Shown: one piece after another, positions 12,021 to 24,299 of the stretch
Layout: every line of letters begins with the position of its first letter
Numbering within the stretch: position 1 is the first letter of the stretch
Assembly (NCBI GenBank): GCA_030390025.1
Contig: CM059432.1
Span: 101,496,001 to 101,560,000, forward strand
DNA length: 64,000 nucleotides
Source of the DNA: Squalus acanthias
Lineage: Eukaryota
Direction of reading: 5' to 3'
The notes under the pieces: model-generated
The model's database searches: none
What the model was told of the DNA's origin: nothing
The model's input: the letters and a program-made list of their open reading frames with translations, nothing else
Position numbers and translations under genes: made by a program

Positions 12021-13429
12021 ATTATTACACCACCACTAGCATCAACCAGACTTCAGTGACACTGGTGTAAGGTAAATTAGGTGGCCTTGTCGCCATTGGT
12101 GGCAAGGAGTAATACCTCAAGAGATGATTTGTCCTTCTACTGCTGGAGAAGTGAATTTTAATAAGATTCACCAAACAACATGTATTTTAGTAATTGGTGC
12201 TTAAATAAAATGACTAACGTGTTACTAGTAAATTTTGTTAGACACATCAGATTTACAAAATAGGATACTTAACCCCGAGATTCACTCATGCAATCTGTTA
12301 TCCATACTAATAAGCCAGAAGCAGAGTAATTGGGATCTTGTGTGAAAAATGGCTGCTGTGTTTGCCTACACAAGTGTAATTTCAATTCAGAATATTAAAA
12401 TATATGCAAACTGCTTTGAGATGCTGTTGAGAAATGTGGTAAGGTACTATGTCATTTTTTTAAATTTCTGTCAGGCATGATTTATTTTTATGTATAAGGG
12501 CAATTGTCCTTCAGATATATCTTTGTTTGGATAATCACTTATTAGGTGCAGATTTATTTTAGGAGGATCTGTCGATTTTGGCCTTCCAAATTGAAGTTTG
12601 ACAATTAATACCATTAAAGTGGAGATCTGGCTACAGCTCAGTATACAAGTCCAAATGTAACAATTCTTAACCATGCTCATTGGTCTGAGTGAAGTTGTTC
12701 TTTAAGCCAATAGAACAATTTCAATAATAAACATGATCACAACTATTGCATTTTCATACTGTAGATAAAACCATCCTAATAAAAGTGATTTTACCAACAT
12801 GGAAGAACCTTGGTAATGAAATGGACCCAAGACTTCTCTATTCACTAGTCCAATTAGCACACAAAAAAACACAACTTACTTTTCTTGATGGTACTGGAGG
12901 AGAAGCTGAACAGTACCACCAACACATACATATTTTTTAAAAAATGCAGACGCAAAAGAATCTGAATTAATCTAATTTGGACCAACCGTAGATTTTCCCA
13001 AATTAATCTGAAAAGATCATTTATGGATGAATTGGGAATTATAATTTCTCACTTATTCTTAGTCATTATGCATTTAATAATCATATTTAACTATATATAT
13101 ATATTTATTCAAAAGATTTAAACTAGAGTGTGGATAAATGGCATTAATATTACAATGGGGGCAATATCCAATGCTGGAAAATGGGACAGTTAGCAGTTAA
13201 TTTTAAAAATAGCTCACTCCTCGCCCGCCCAATGCAATTTTCAGGTAAGCTTGCAACGGGCAGCCATAACTCCCACCAAAAACAGATGGGAGCCAATTAT
13301 CTATGCAAATTGGAGTGCTATGCCAGTTTTAGGATTCCTGTTTGCAATTATCAGTACCAATGGGCGGAGCATGCACCCATTGGTACGAGGCCTTGAGTAG
13401 TTTAACCTATAGCCCAATTCTGGCCTCTT

Positions 13430-13645
13430 GCGCATTCCCGATTTTCATCGATCACCATTGGCTGCCATGCCTTCAACTGCCTCGGCCCTAAACTCTGGAA
13501 TTCCCTCCCTAAACCTCTCCGCCTCTCTCCTCCTTTAAGTCATTCCATAAATCCTACCTCTTTAACCAAACTTTTGGTCACCTGTCCTAATATTTCTTTA
13601 TGTGGCTCTGTCAATTTTATTTAATAACACATCTGTGAAGTGAAA
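13430..13645 (+). mobile_element. L2 LINE 3' fragment
   Basis: GCCTTCAACTGCCTCGGCCCTAAACTCTGGAATTCCCTCCC (AF..GPKLWNSLP), the typical end of L2 ORF2. Confidence 0.6.
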
Positions 13646-13792
13646 TGCAGCAGATATTTAATAATTGCTTTCTGAACTCCTCAGTTTACGTTGATTACCA
13701 ATACTGGATACTTTATTTTTGTACTTTTACTTGCAAGTAGGAACTTTTCGCTTTACTTTTAAAATAATATATTTCACTCACCAAAACCTACA

Positions 13793-15786
13793 CAGGAATC
13801 CCTCCCCAACCGTGGGGGGATACGTCCCTGAAAACCCGCGTGGTTAGTAAAACTGCGGTTGGCAAATACAAGACCCTGTGGGAAAAATGGGGTTAGGGGG
13901 AATGCGGCCGCATATAAACTGTTCAGAGCCTGTGTAAGTTGCTTATACTTTTATTAAACACAAATAAAATACCCAATAACGTAACAAAAACAATAAATGT
14001 TCAAATAACACAATAAAAAAATCAACTGGGCGGTTTCTTAAAGAATTCTGCGATGGATGGTTGACTCATTTTTTTCTCAATATCTTTCTGGACCTGCTTG
14101 TATGGTCTCATTAAATCCACCAAACCTCGTTTGAATTTTAATCTACGCTCCATAAAGAGGTCCGAGAGATTAGTAGCAAGGAGCATTGCCTTGCTAAGGT
14201 TGGCACTTGTCATCTTCGACTTCTCCACCATATCCTCGTCTTCGTCCTCATCCTCTGCCTCACTAGAATGCTGTATCAGCTCATCAAGGTCCTCCTCCGT
14301 CAACTCCTCGCCGTGCAACTCAAGGAGCTCCTCGATGTCATCAGGCTCTACGTCTGCCAGCCCCTCGCCTCTCAAACGTCGCGCAACCTTCACAATGCGA
14401 TCAACTTCATCGTCAACTGTAGGGAAGCCTCGGAAGTCATTCACTGCCTCCTTCCAACGTTTACCCCAACAGGCGTTGATTGTCATCCTCTTCAGTTCAT
14501 CCATCGATTCTATTATGTTGGTGATGCAGTCAGTGATGGTGTAATCCTTCCAAAAGTTTTTCACCGTCAGTGTTGCGTCATCCTCCATAGCCTCCATCAT
14601 GCGGTCAAAGCTGCGTCGTATGTAGTATGCCTTGAAGGTGGCATTGTCGAGGATGAGAAGGACCTTGACGGCCAGATTTTCTCTCGCAAGGTACCGCTCC
14701 ATGTCATGCACTAAACAGTTATGAAACCAGTCCATGAAGACTGCAGCAGTAACCCACGCCTTGCGGTTAGAACGCCAAAAGACAGGTAGATAATATTTGT
14801 TTTTGCCCTTCAGAGCGCGGGGATTAAGAGAGCGGTAGAGCAGCATCGGCTTCACTAAACAGTCTCCCTTGGCGTTAGCACAAAGGAGAAGGGTCACCCT
14901 ATCCTTAGCCACCTTGAATACCGAAGCATGCTTCTCAGCCTTCGCGATGAAAGTTCGGGAAGGCATCCGCTTCCAGAAGAGCCCAGGTCTCATCCGCATT
15001 AAATACCTGCTCCGGCAGGTAACCCTTCTCAGCGATCAACTTCTTCAGCTCCTCCGGGAACTTGGCTGCGGCCTCGTGATCGGCTGCGGCCAATTCCCCC
15101 ACAACCTTGAGGTTAGTCAAGGCGAACCTCTTAAAATTTTCCAACCAGCCCTTACTCGCTTGAAACTTTATGTCATCTACACTTTCCCCGGCAGCCACAG
15201 TAAGATGCTTGTAGATACTAAGGGCCTTCTTATATACCCATACGGAACTAACATTCGCTTTTTTCTGGTTCTGGTCTTCCAACCAGATATTAAGTGCCTT
15301 CTCCATTTTTTCAAGCTTATGGTCCCGTGGCATAAACGACACTTTAGCACTTTTTGAAGAGCCACCCACAATACTAGCCCTTATCGACACCTCACTTTTT
15401 TAATGGTTCTAATGGTGGACTCGTTAACCCCCATTAATCATCCAACCAACGCTGTAGTTTCACCACGGGCAAGCCTATTAACGACATCTAATTTCCTATC
15501 TAAGGTTCGTACATTCCTTGCCCTTTTCGCTATTGATTCACCTTTACTACTGAGATTACGCTTAGGGGCCATGATTAAGGGCTAAACGTTCACACACACA
15601 CAGTACAGGTACAGTATATCCACGAGTGGAGCGAGAACAAGCGTGGCTGTTATTATGCTGAAAAGAGCGGCAAAACCGCGTATACGCAAAATTCACTGCC
15701 GCGGTTGGCAAAATTTGTCGCAGAGAGGAAACTGTGTATACGTGAAATCCATGTATGGCAAAACCACGGTTGGGGCGGGATTTCTG
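13793..15786 (-). mobile_element. Tigger/pogo (Tc1-mariner superfamily) DNA transposon
   Basis: 23-bp TIRs CAGGAATCCCTCCCCAACCGTGG / CAGAAATCCCGCCCCAACCGTGG. TA on the right flank and CA (mutated TA) on the left. Confidence 0.9.
14022..15572 (-). pseudogene. Tigger transposase (CENP-B-type HTH + DDD)
   Basis: MAPKR...VNESTIRTI, FQASKGWLENFK, QVFNADET, GLFWKRMP, KDRVT, NRKAW, LILDNA. One stop, frameshifts near 15390 and 14985, and deletion of the QPxD segment. Confidence 0.9.
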
Positions 15787-17004
15787 TATCTTGAATAACT
15801 AGAAGAAATTAACCTAAAAAAGTTTCAAGAACTGTTATCTGTAAGAAGCAAGGAAGAGGGGTGGCAATGGTGCAACCAATAGCACCAGGGATGTAAAAAT
15901 GAAGCACGGCCTAATCTGAAATGAAGGGAGTGATTCCTTCGGGTCAGTCCAAAAGCATACAAACTGACTTCCTTCAGGGCAACCAAAATAATTTGCTCTA
16001 GGCAAGCCCTTAAGTGGAATTTTCCAAACTATTATATGCATCTTAAATATTATAACTAGTCAGTAGTACGATATTTCAGGTGAAGTTATATCAACATACC
16101 AAACAGGCCCAGCTAGGTAAGTTCTTAAACTTCTTAATTTCCTGTGGGCCAGGAGGAGCAGGAGTGCTCCTTTAGGCCCCACAAGGAAGCCTTAGGCCTC
16201 CCCTGCTGACCGGTAGTCCACTCCTGGAACACTTGCCTTGTGCCGGGGACAATTTCCTTGGGTCCCCAGTGGCACCCTCCTGCTGCTCAATTTAACCAAC
16301 CAGGCAGCCTTTTGGTTGGGAGGTTGGCAAGCGGCATATTAATGAGGTCCGGCCGTTATAATCGACCGAGCCTGCCTGTTGTCACTCATGGACGGGCACA
16401 CGGCTCGCTTTGCTGCATTTGCCACCGGGACTTAAAATCCAGGCAACTGGTTTAGGACCCTGTCCTTTTACCTCTGACAAAGATGGGTGAAAGTCTCTCC
16501 TCTTTAAGGACGATATGGAACCTACACAAAATAACGTTGAACAATCGAAACTCACTTTAGCGCAGATGGGTCCACAGCACAAAGCTGCTCACAAATAGAC
16601 ACCTCAGCTAACGCATTGATTAATATGTTTCTGTAAAATTCCTCTAAATGCTATTTCAATGCAGTTGTCAACCTGTTTACTTTAGATTGAAATGGCAGAC
16701 AAAAGAATTTTATGCAAACACATTAAGCAGTGAACTACAAGAGGAAACGAAAGCCCTAAATTGGCAACTGTGCAGTAGGCGGGGGTGGGGGGCGCTTGTG
16801 CTCTTGAGGCAGGATGACACACCCAGCTGGGGTGAGTCAAGGGAGGTTTCCTTTGTAACTAATTGATGCAACATCTTATCTGGGAGTACCTGATGATGAC
16901 ATCAGAAGGCAAAAGTAGAAAAGTATTTCATTCCTCAGAAATGACTCTTCTTCTTAACTTGGGTGAAAAGTCACTGTAAAAACATTTTATTCAGTGATTT
17001 TTAA

Positions 17005-17150
17005 AAATTCATTCTCGGAATGTGGGCATTGCAGGCAAGGCCAGCATTTATTGCCCATCACTCGTTGCCCTTGAGAAGGTAGTGGTGAGCCGCCTTCTTG
17101 AAGCGCTGCAGTCCGTGTGGTGAAGGTACTTCCACAATACTGTTTGGAAT
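17005..17150 (-). repeat. Probable LINE 3' end fragment
   Basis: GGCCAGCATTTATTGCCCATC...GCCCTTGAGAAGG...GAGCCGCCTTCTTGAA resembles a common elasmobranch repeat, recognised from memory only. Confidence 0.4.
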
Positions 17151-17645
17151 AATTAATTACGGATTTATGGATGAATATTTTAGTATATTTCTAGTTTTCC
17201 TGCTGCAGCCACCACCATTGTAATGTTTGAGTGTCAGGGAAGAGAAGTTACATAGGTCATTGGTAGTAAAACAGACTAAATCCCCCCCTCACGTCATCAA
17301 TGGGAAAAACCAAAGGAAGTGCTTTTCACAACACTGGGCCAATAGGATCTCTTTATGGTTTCTTCCTTATAATCCTAAAAATAATGCAATAGTAACACTG
17401 CGGGACCACTACTGAGGTAGTCATAATAGAATTCCAGTATGAGTTGCATACTGTTCAAATAGCTATTGCCTAGCTGGATATACTGAATCTTCACCAGGAA
17501 AGCATTTTTAGACATCTTCCCATACTTGAGCACTATAGAATTGTAAATGCTGTTAAATCGATGAAGATTTGGCAATGCCACTCCATCCCAATAGCAGTCC
17601 GTTGAAACACTGTTAAGAGTGCTCAGCTGCACATGTTGTAACATT

Positions 17646-18409
17646 GGCCCAAAAATTCGGCTGAATACGGGAGAGTACGAACTGTGTCCTCTCGCGTATT
17701 CGGTCCCGAAGTGCCGGTTTCCTGCATGCACTGCGCATGCGCGGGAAACCGCCACTTCCGGTATGGCGAAGGGGGCGGTTCCTAGGTGAACCGCGTGCGC
17801 ACTAGAGGCTGCGCGCACGCAGCACACTTAGGTTTTTTTTCAGGTTTCAACGCGAAGGTAAGTATGGAATATTTTACAAATGAAGAAAGGAGGCGTAAGA
17901 CCCCCTTTTAACAAGGTAAGTAGTTAATTAAGTATTATTTTAAATTTTTTTCAACAGGTTTATCTTTTTTAGAGACTTTAAAGAAAGGTAAGTTTATTTT
18001 TATAACTTTTAAAAAGAATTAAAAAATTTTCAAAAATTTAAATTTTTGTTTAAAGTGGTTAATTTATTTAACTATAGTTATTTTATTAATGTGATGGTTT
18101 TTAAAAAAAATTATTTGAGGTTTAGCTGTTCTTTTGGGGGCAATTTGTATTCATAGTTTTGACAGTTCTCCTGTCAAATCTATGAATGAAAGATGGTGTG
18201 CTGCCATTGGCTCTCCATGGCCCACGTGATCCCAGAGGTCGCATCGAACTAACTGCGCCTCTGGGACACGCACACACTGCGTGCCGGCACCAGGGAGAGG
18301 CCCAGGACCCGAAGTTCCTGTGGGCCCGAAACACAACGGCAGGCGCGGTAGGTAAGATCGCGCGCGATCCTTACCCCCGCGGCAAGCCTCCGAGTCAAAT
18401 TTCTTGGCC
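17646..18409. mobile_element. Harbinger-type MITE with CpG-rich arms and AT-rich core
   Basis: Termini GGCCCAAAAATT / AATTTCTTGGCC with TSD ATT on both sides. Confidence 0.75.
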
Positions 18410-18529
18410 ATTAACTTTAACTGCCCACAGCACATTGTTGCACTATAATTGTTTGCCCTCAACACACTGGGGGTGACTTTCAACATTCAACATTAAAGTA
18501 ATGATGTATAAAGGCTTTTTGCAGATATA

Positions 18530-19195
18530 GGTCCCGAATCTTCGCTAACCACCTATCCTAGTGTATGTGTTGGGATTTGCCCACTGGGAATCTCTGCCAT
18601 TGACCCCGGCAGAATACATGAGGTCACAGGAAGGCTCTCCAATTTAAATATCCAAGGCAGGCACCCACACCACGAGGGCTACACCTTGGGCACCCACCAT
18701 AGCTGGGGGATGGGAGGAAATAGCAATGGAGGCCTGCATCTTCAAAGATCCCCATCAGCCCCAATCTCAGAAGGCGTGTGCTGAAGCCTATCAATCCTCT
18801 TTACAAGGGGGATGATTTTTGAAATTTGGCAGCCTGAATCTTCATGGGTCCAAGCCAAGATACAGGCGTGGACCCCCAGGAAGGCCACAGATCCACATGG
18901 TCAAGGCTAGTACACCGCCTTTCTCTTGGCATACCAACTGGCCAGAAGCTCCCAGGCCAGTGCTGTAGAAACACCCCCAGCCTTGGAGGCCCCCCGCTGA
19001 GTAGACATTCCCTCGGTTGCGGGTGACCTTGTATGGGCAGACTTAGGCTCCGTCCTAAACAAGTCCCTGTGGAAACTTGCAGTTAAGACCAAGATGTGGT
19101 GTATCCGGGTCCCAGCCTAATCTATGAACCTTCTGCCACAATCCTCCCTGGATTATGGTAGGAGTACACTGGAAAGCCCATGGAAATTTGGAGCC
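18530..19195. mobile_element. Old Harbinger-type non-autonomous element
   Basis: Degenerate termini GGTCCCGAATCTTC / GGAAATTTGGAGCC flanked by ATA/ATA. Confidence 0.45.
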
Positions 19196-21710
19196 ATAAA
19201 TTTTAAAATAGCCAAATTCGAACATTTTTGCTAGTAAAGAATGTCATGTCTGAATATCTTTATTTTGGGCACAAAAATTAGATGAATGGTTGAGAATAAA
19301 AGAAAAAAGAAAAAGTGTTTAGGCATTGATTTGCTCACTCCCCTAGTACTCTTCACAATGAAAACTTTACAAATTGCCCCTTCATTTTGGTACAAATATT
19401 GCCAGTAGCATTTTATGCAAAACAGTCAGTACATACATATAAATCTTAGAAAAATGTATGTGAATGAGATCTTAAGTATGCACATATCTAATTTTAGTGT
19501 CCCAGCTCTCTTTGTGCCTGAAGGAAGATTGCAAAAAAGTCACGACCACATGCCAGGCAGTGCAATAAGTATTTTTACTAAGGAAGAACTTTATAACCAG
19601 AAACTTGTATTTTGGACCACACACCATTTCCCAATCCACATACAGAAAACAAGTCAGAAAAGTTGCTAAACATGTTTACGTGGCATTTCAGATCAAAAAC
19701 AATCAAAGACTGGGAGAAGAATGTTAACTGCATCCAAAGGTAGATCGAAGGCAACTGAGTACCATCAAACACTTCGTGAGGATGACGGGAGGTGTACCAG
19801 AATATTGTGTGAATAACCACAAAATTCAACAACAAAAAAACTGGTCTTAGGGTAACATTGAAAATTATGAATATATTATTGACAAAGAAGATTTATTTTC
19901 TCTATAGTTGAATAGAATTTCTTCATCTATTTGTCCTATCTATTGTCGGGATTTGAAAAGTGCAGCCGTTTCCTTTCAGTGACAGGCCTTACATTGATGT
20001 ATCTGGGTTGAGTTGTCTGGAGCTCAAGAATATACTGGGACCAAGTCCGTGAAGAAGTCCACCTACAGGATATCACTTGTGAATAACCTTCAGGACTGAG
20101 AGGAAATATGATGTGATATTCCATATGAAGGTGACAACCTTAGCACAATACACTGAAGTGGTTATCTTTCCTCTCCAAGTTCCTCAATGCCCAAAAGGAG
20201 GACTCAATCAGTAACATTTGAATTTGGTGAAGCTGCCAAAAGTTCATTTAGACTTGAATGGAGAACTCATCACCCTCTTTGCAGACTGATTTTGACCATT
20301 TGTAGCACTCCATCCTTACTGGATGTAGGTGCTTTCAGGACTCAAATCTAGTGTGTCTGGTAGAACCAAAAATGCAGTCTCCCATTTATGCCACATGTTA
20401 CGCTAATTCTGGCCATGGCATCAATGCAACTTGTCATGTTCACTGGAGGAACTATTATTTTGCTGCAGGAAAAATAAAATAAACATTTTTGTTGGACTTT
20501 TGCCCAGTATGTGTTGATTTGGTGTTAAGCCTACTTCTCATTCTGAGATTGATATACAGAGAGGACAGCAACGCCAAGCATTATTCAACTGTAATGTAAT
20601 GTGACATTGTAAGCAGCATCCAAAATCAACATATTCATAAAATCCAATTATGAAAGGTCATTACCGATTGAAGACAATGTCAAAATGAATTTGTCGAAAC
20701 TCTTGTTTTCTATCCTTGACTGCAGCGACCACATGCATGATCACATAAAACTCAGTCCTCCTCAGGAGTGTTCAGGTAATTTACTTTTAGACAACTTGGC
20801 TGAATTAAGAACAAATAAATCTTTGTTTTAATAATGCTTAGGATTTGCACAGAGCAATTGCAGCACTATTAACACCTCACACCTTAAATAATATGCTCCT
20901 AATTTTAATAGCACTGAGCTGCATTGCTAACCACTAAGCAAGGAAATGGGAAGAATATTGCACAAAATGTGCAAATAAGAACAAAGGCTATTTAATTTGT
21001 AATGATTACTCAGACATCAATGAGATCATCCTTACAATGCATTGTAACAGGCTCAGATGAACTTTGTACACAGTATATGTTATGTCTTCGACATGACTAG
21101 ACTGTAAGAGAGAGTTCAATACTGGAGCAGCGTCTGTTGTGATCAATCAGAAATGAACGGAAAAGCTGGAAAGATGCTGAAAAATATATGCAGCCTTGGC
21201 TTTAATTTCTTGTTCAGTTATGTATACAATTTTAAAGATTAAATACAGAAATAGGTTATGTTTATGGCTGTTATTTACATATCTTATGATCCAGTGATAC
21301 ACAAATCTTGTCTTGGAGAGCAGTCTTCTTTTGCAATGCACAATTTATAATATAATGCTGCTAATCTGAGATTATCTGGTGCTTGGGACATCGCAAGTGA
21401 TGCGACTTTGCATTTTTGTTTTAAACTTCAAAATTTTAAATTTAAAAATAATCTTGGTAGCTTGCCTATACCATCTCTTGTTACCAGTGACTAAAAAGAG
21501 CTGACAATCCTGTCAGTTCTCTTCAATCAATGGAAATCTCATCAACAGTCAGAGTCTGCAGTGCATTTGAAGAAGAATGCAAAGAGCAATCTCCTTACCC
21601 CAGTCAATAGAGATGTGACCAGGTACGATGACGTAATCTTCCGGTAAATATACCTCCATACTACACTTCTTGGACTAAAATAACAAGGATTAAAAATAAC
21701 CAAACATTTC

Positions 21711-22575
21711 GGCCGCGATCTTACTTTTCGGTGCGAGTTGGGAGCGGGTCAGCTGCCTTCTGGGTTCCAATCTCGCCCCCAACTACGCCCGACGCACAGA
21801 CGTAATTTTACGTCAATTGGCCTTATTAAGCCCGCCCTGCGGGCATGCCGGCCAATTAAGAGAAAGCCGGTGTCAGACGACATCAGTTGATGACGCGTCA
21901 TCTGCCGGTTTTCTTAAAGGGGACACGCACTTTTTTTTTGACAGATGATTTTTCAGTGTTTGACAGCATTGAGGTGCTGCAAACACTGCCAATCACTGTA
22001 CAAAGGTGAGCCCTTGCTCCCAGGCTCTCCAATGACTCTCTCCTTAGGATAAAACAGATGGCAGCTGCAGGTGAGGTTACAGAAGCGATCTGTCACTGGT
22101 GAGAGAGGTTCTCCCAATGAGGTAGGACTACACAAACACTTCAAACCTTGTTACCTACAGAAAAGTCTAAATACATTAAAATGATTTTCCCAACATTTTC
22201 TTACCTCTGAAACCCACCAGTGTACCATTGGATCCTTCACACCACTTCTGCAGCTGTCATCAATGCACAAACCTTACAGTAGACCCACAGCACGCCACAC
22301 TTACCCTGGCGTGGTGTCTGGACATCGGGAAGCCCGCAGTCGACCTGTCAAAATTGAAAAAAGCCCCTTAACTGCCTGTTAACAGGCAGTTAAGTGCCTA
22401 TAATCCTCTTCCCGCCGCTAGGTGTCGGGTCCCTGCGCAAATCGGGGACCTGACACTTGGGGAGACTGTATGGAGGCGGGTTGACAGCGGGTTCGGGACC
22501 CGCTGTCAATCTTTGCAATTTTGCCGGATGTCCCACCTCCAAACCCACCCCCTGAGCGCCGGCAAAATTCCACCC
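21711..22575 (+). mobile_element. Harbinger non-autonomous derivative (subfamily A)
   Basis: GGCCGCGATCTT...AAAATTCCACCC with TTC flanks. Subterminal similarity to 1-160 and 3920-4121. Inverted homologue of 59541-60379. Confidence 0.85.
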
Positions 22576-22629
22576 TTCAATTTTCACTTGTTTATCCAGG
22601 TAGATTTGCTAAAAAAATAAGTAAAGAAA

Positions 22630-22737
22630 GACTTGCATTTATATAGTGTCTTTCATGAGCCGAGGACAACTCAAAATGCTTTACAGCCAAAGAAGTACTT
22701 TTGTAGTGTGGTCACTGTTGTAATGTAAGAAATGTAA
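22630..22737 (-). mobile_element. DeuSINE/SacSINE1-like SINE 3' fragment
   Basis: ACTTGCATTTATATAG...TTTACAGCCAAAGAAGTACTTTTG..GTCACTGTTGTAATGTA, shared with 25870, 30405 and 56750. Confidence 0.6.
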
Positions 22738-23736
22738 TTCTAACACCAGGGAAAATAACAAATTTAAAAAAAAGTTTCTAAAACTAATTTTAAGTAAGGG
22801 TACAATTACTGACATATGGGGAGGGATAGCAGGCCTCTTGCTATAAGCACACAGTATACCAAAGAAGGTAAAAGTATTCCTTTGCTCTACTTAGTACCCA
22901 ATAGTTATTTTCCTGTAACATGCAATGAAATAAAATCCAATATCAACTCATCTGAAGTTATACAACACGTTACTTCAGTTTAAATCCAGAGATTTGGTTT
23001 CCGTGAGTCAGGTGTCTCTTTAGAAATGAAATAAGTGCAGTGAGGTTCATGATAAAGTACACTGCCATGGTCAGTGGGAAAAGTGGGCTTCAAGGCTCAA
23101 ATACCCTTTTCTTATCCCATGTTTTCTTATTTTAAAAAAGTAATTGTAACGTGCTTGGCATCTGTGCATTTACAAAAGATACTGAAATAGGAGCTTTGTA
23201 CTTTGCTGCAAATAAAGTGCCTTCATTGAAAATCAAATGCTCTGCTCTTTGGAGATACCACAGTAGATTTCCACTGACGAGCTCATCTTCTGTAATAATA
23301 TAAAGTAGTGACATTTAATTCAAGTGTCAGTCTGTGATGGAGTGTATTACAAAAAATAACCTACTAAAATGTAAGGATTAGCTAACAATATTGGGGTTTT
23401 AAGACCTTTTTGAAGCAAGAAGTGAGGCATTCCCTTTTATACTCAGCTTTAAGATCTTGAACACATACTTTTTATTATATTTTATTTCATTTTGCACTAA
23501 TAGTTCTATTCTGGGATAGAAATTAAGCAGATTTCAGAAGTTATTACAAATTAACATTATTTACACACAAATATCATTCTATTTTCATGAATAAGTGTCC
23601 CAGGAGCATCCTGTGAAATGGGGCTAGGCTGCAGGTGGTGGGAATGTCAACCTGTCCAATATGGAAATGGCTGCTATGGTGTGGTTACAAGAATGCTACT
23701 TTACTTAAAAAGCAGATTTACGATCCTTCACTAATA

Positions 23737-24165
23737 TGTCAGGAGTTGTGCTGTTCGTAACAAGTGGTTTACTGATCCCTCTCAAATGTGTCAAGAACTG
23801 TGCCCCCTCCCCAGTGTGTCAGGAATTATGCTGCTTGTAACAAGAGATTGACTACCCTCCCCTCAATGTGTAAATAATTGTACTGCTTATAATGAAATTT
23901 ATTACCCCCTCTGCCGTGTCAGGAGTTATGCTGCTTGTAACAAGTGACTTACTATCCCTTCCTCAATGTGTCAATAATTGTATTGCTTGTAACAAGAGAT
24001 TTACTAGCCTCTCTTCAATGTCCTCGTAATTGTACTGCTTGTAACAAGAGATTTACTAGCCTCTCTTTCAATGTGTCAATAATTGTACTGCTTGTGACAA
24101 GAGATTTACTAGCCTATCCCTAGTGTGTCAGTAAATGTGCTGTTTGTGGAAATTTTTTTACTACC
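23737..24165. repeat. Degenerate minisatellite, ~52-bp unit, ~8 copies
   Basis: Unit approximates TGTCARKARTTRTRCTGCTTGTAACAAGAGATTTACTAGCCTCYCYTCAATG. Confidence 0.85.
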
Positions 24166-24299
24166 TTCTGTGTAAAAACTGTAATGTTATAGGAAGAGAT
24201 TTACTGCTCATCCAACATATTATTAATTGTTTGAGGGAGCCAAGTAAAAGAAAACAAACTATTGCAGCTGTTCAACATGTCTTGACAATAGAAGGCTAC

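Noticed and set aside
14098..14714. Ser-rich and other + strand ORFs
   Set aside because: Antisense shadows of the Tigger transposase.
23737..24165. Regularly spaced repeats resembling a CRISPR array
   Set aside because: The whole unit is repeated with no unique spacers, there are no cas genes, and the context is a vertebrate intron.
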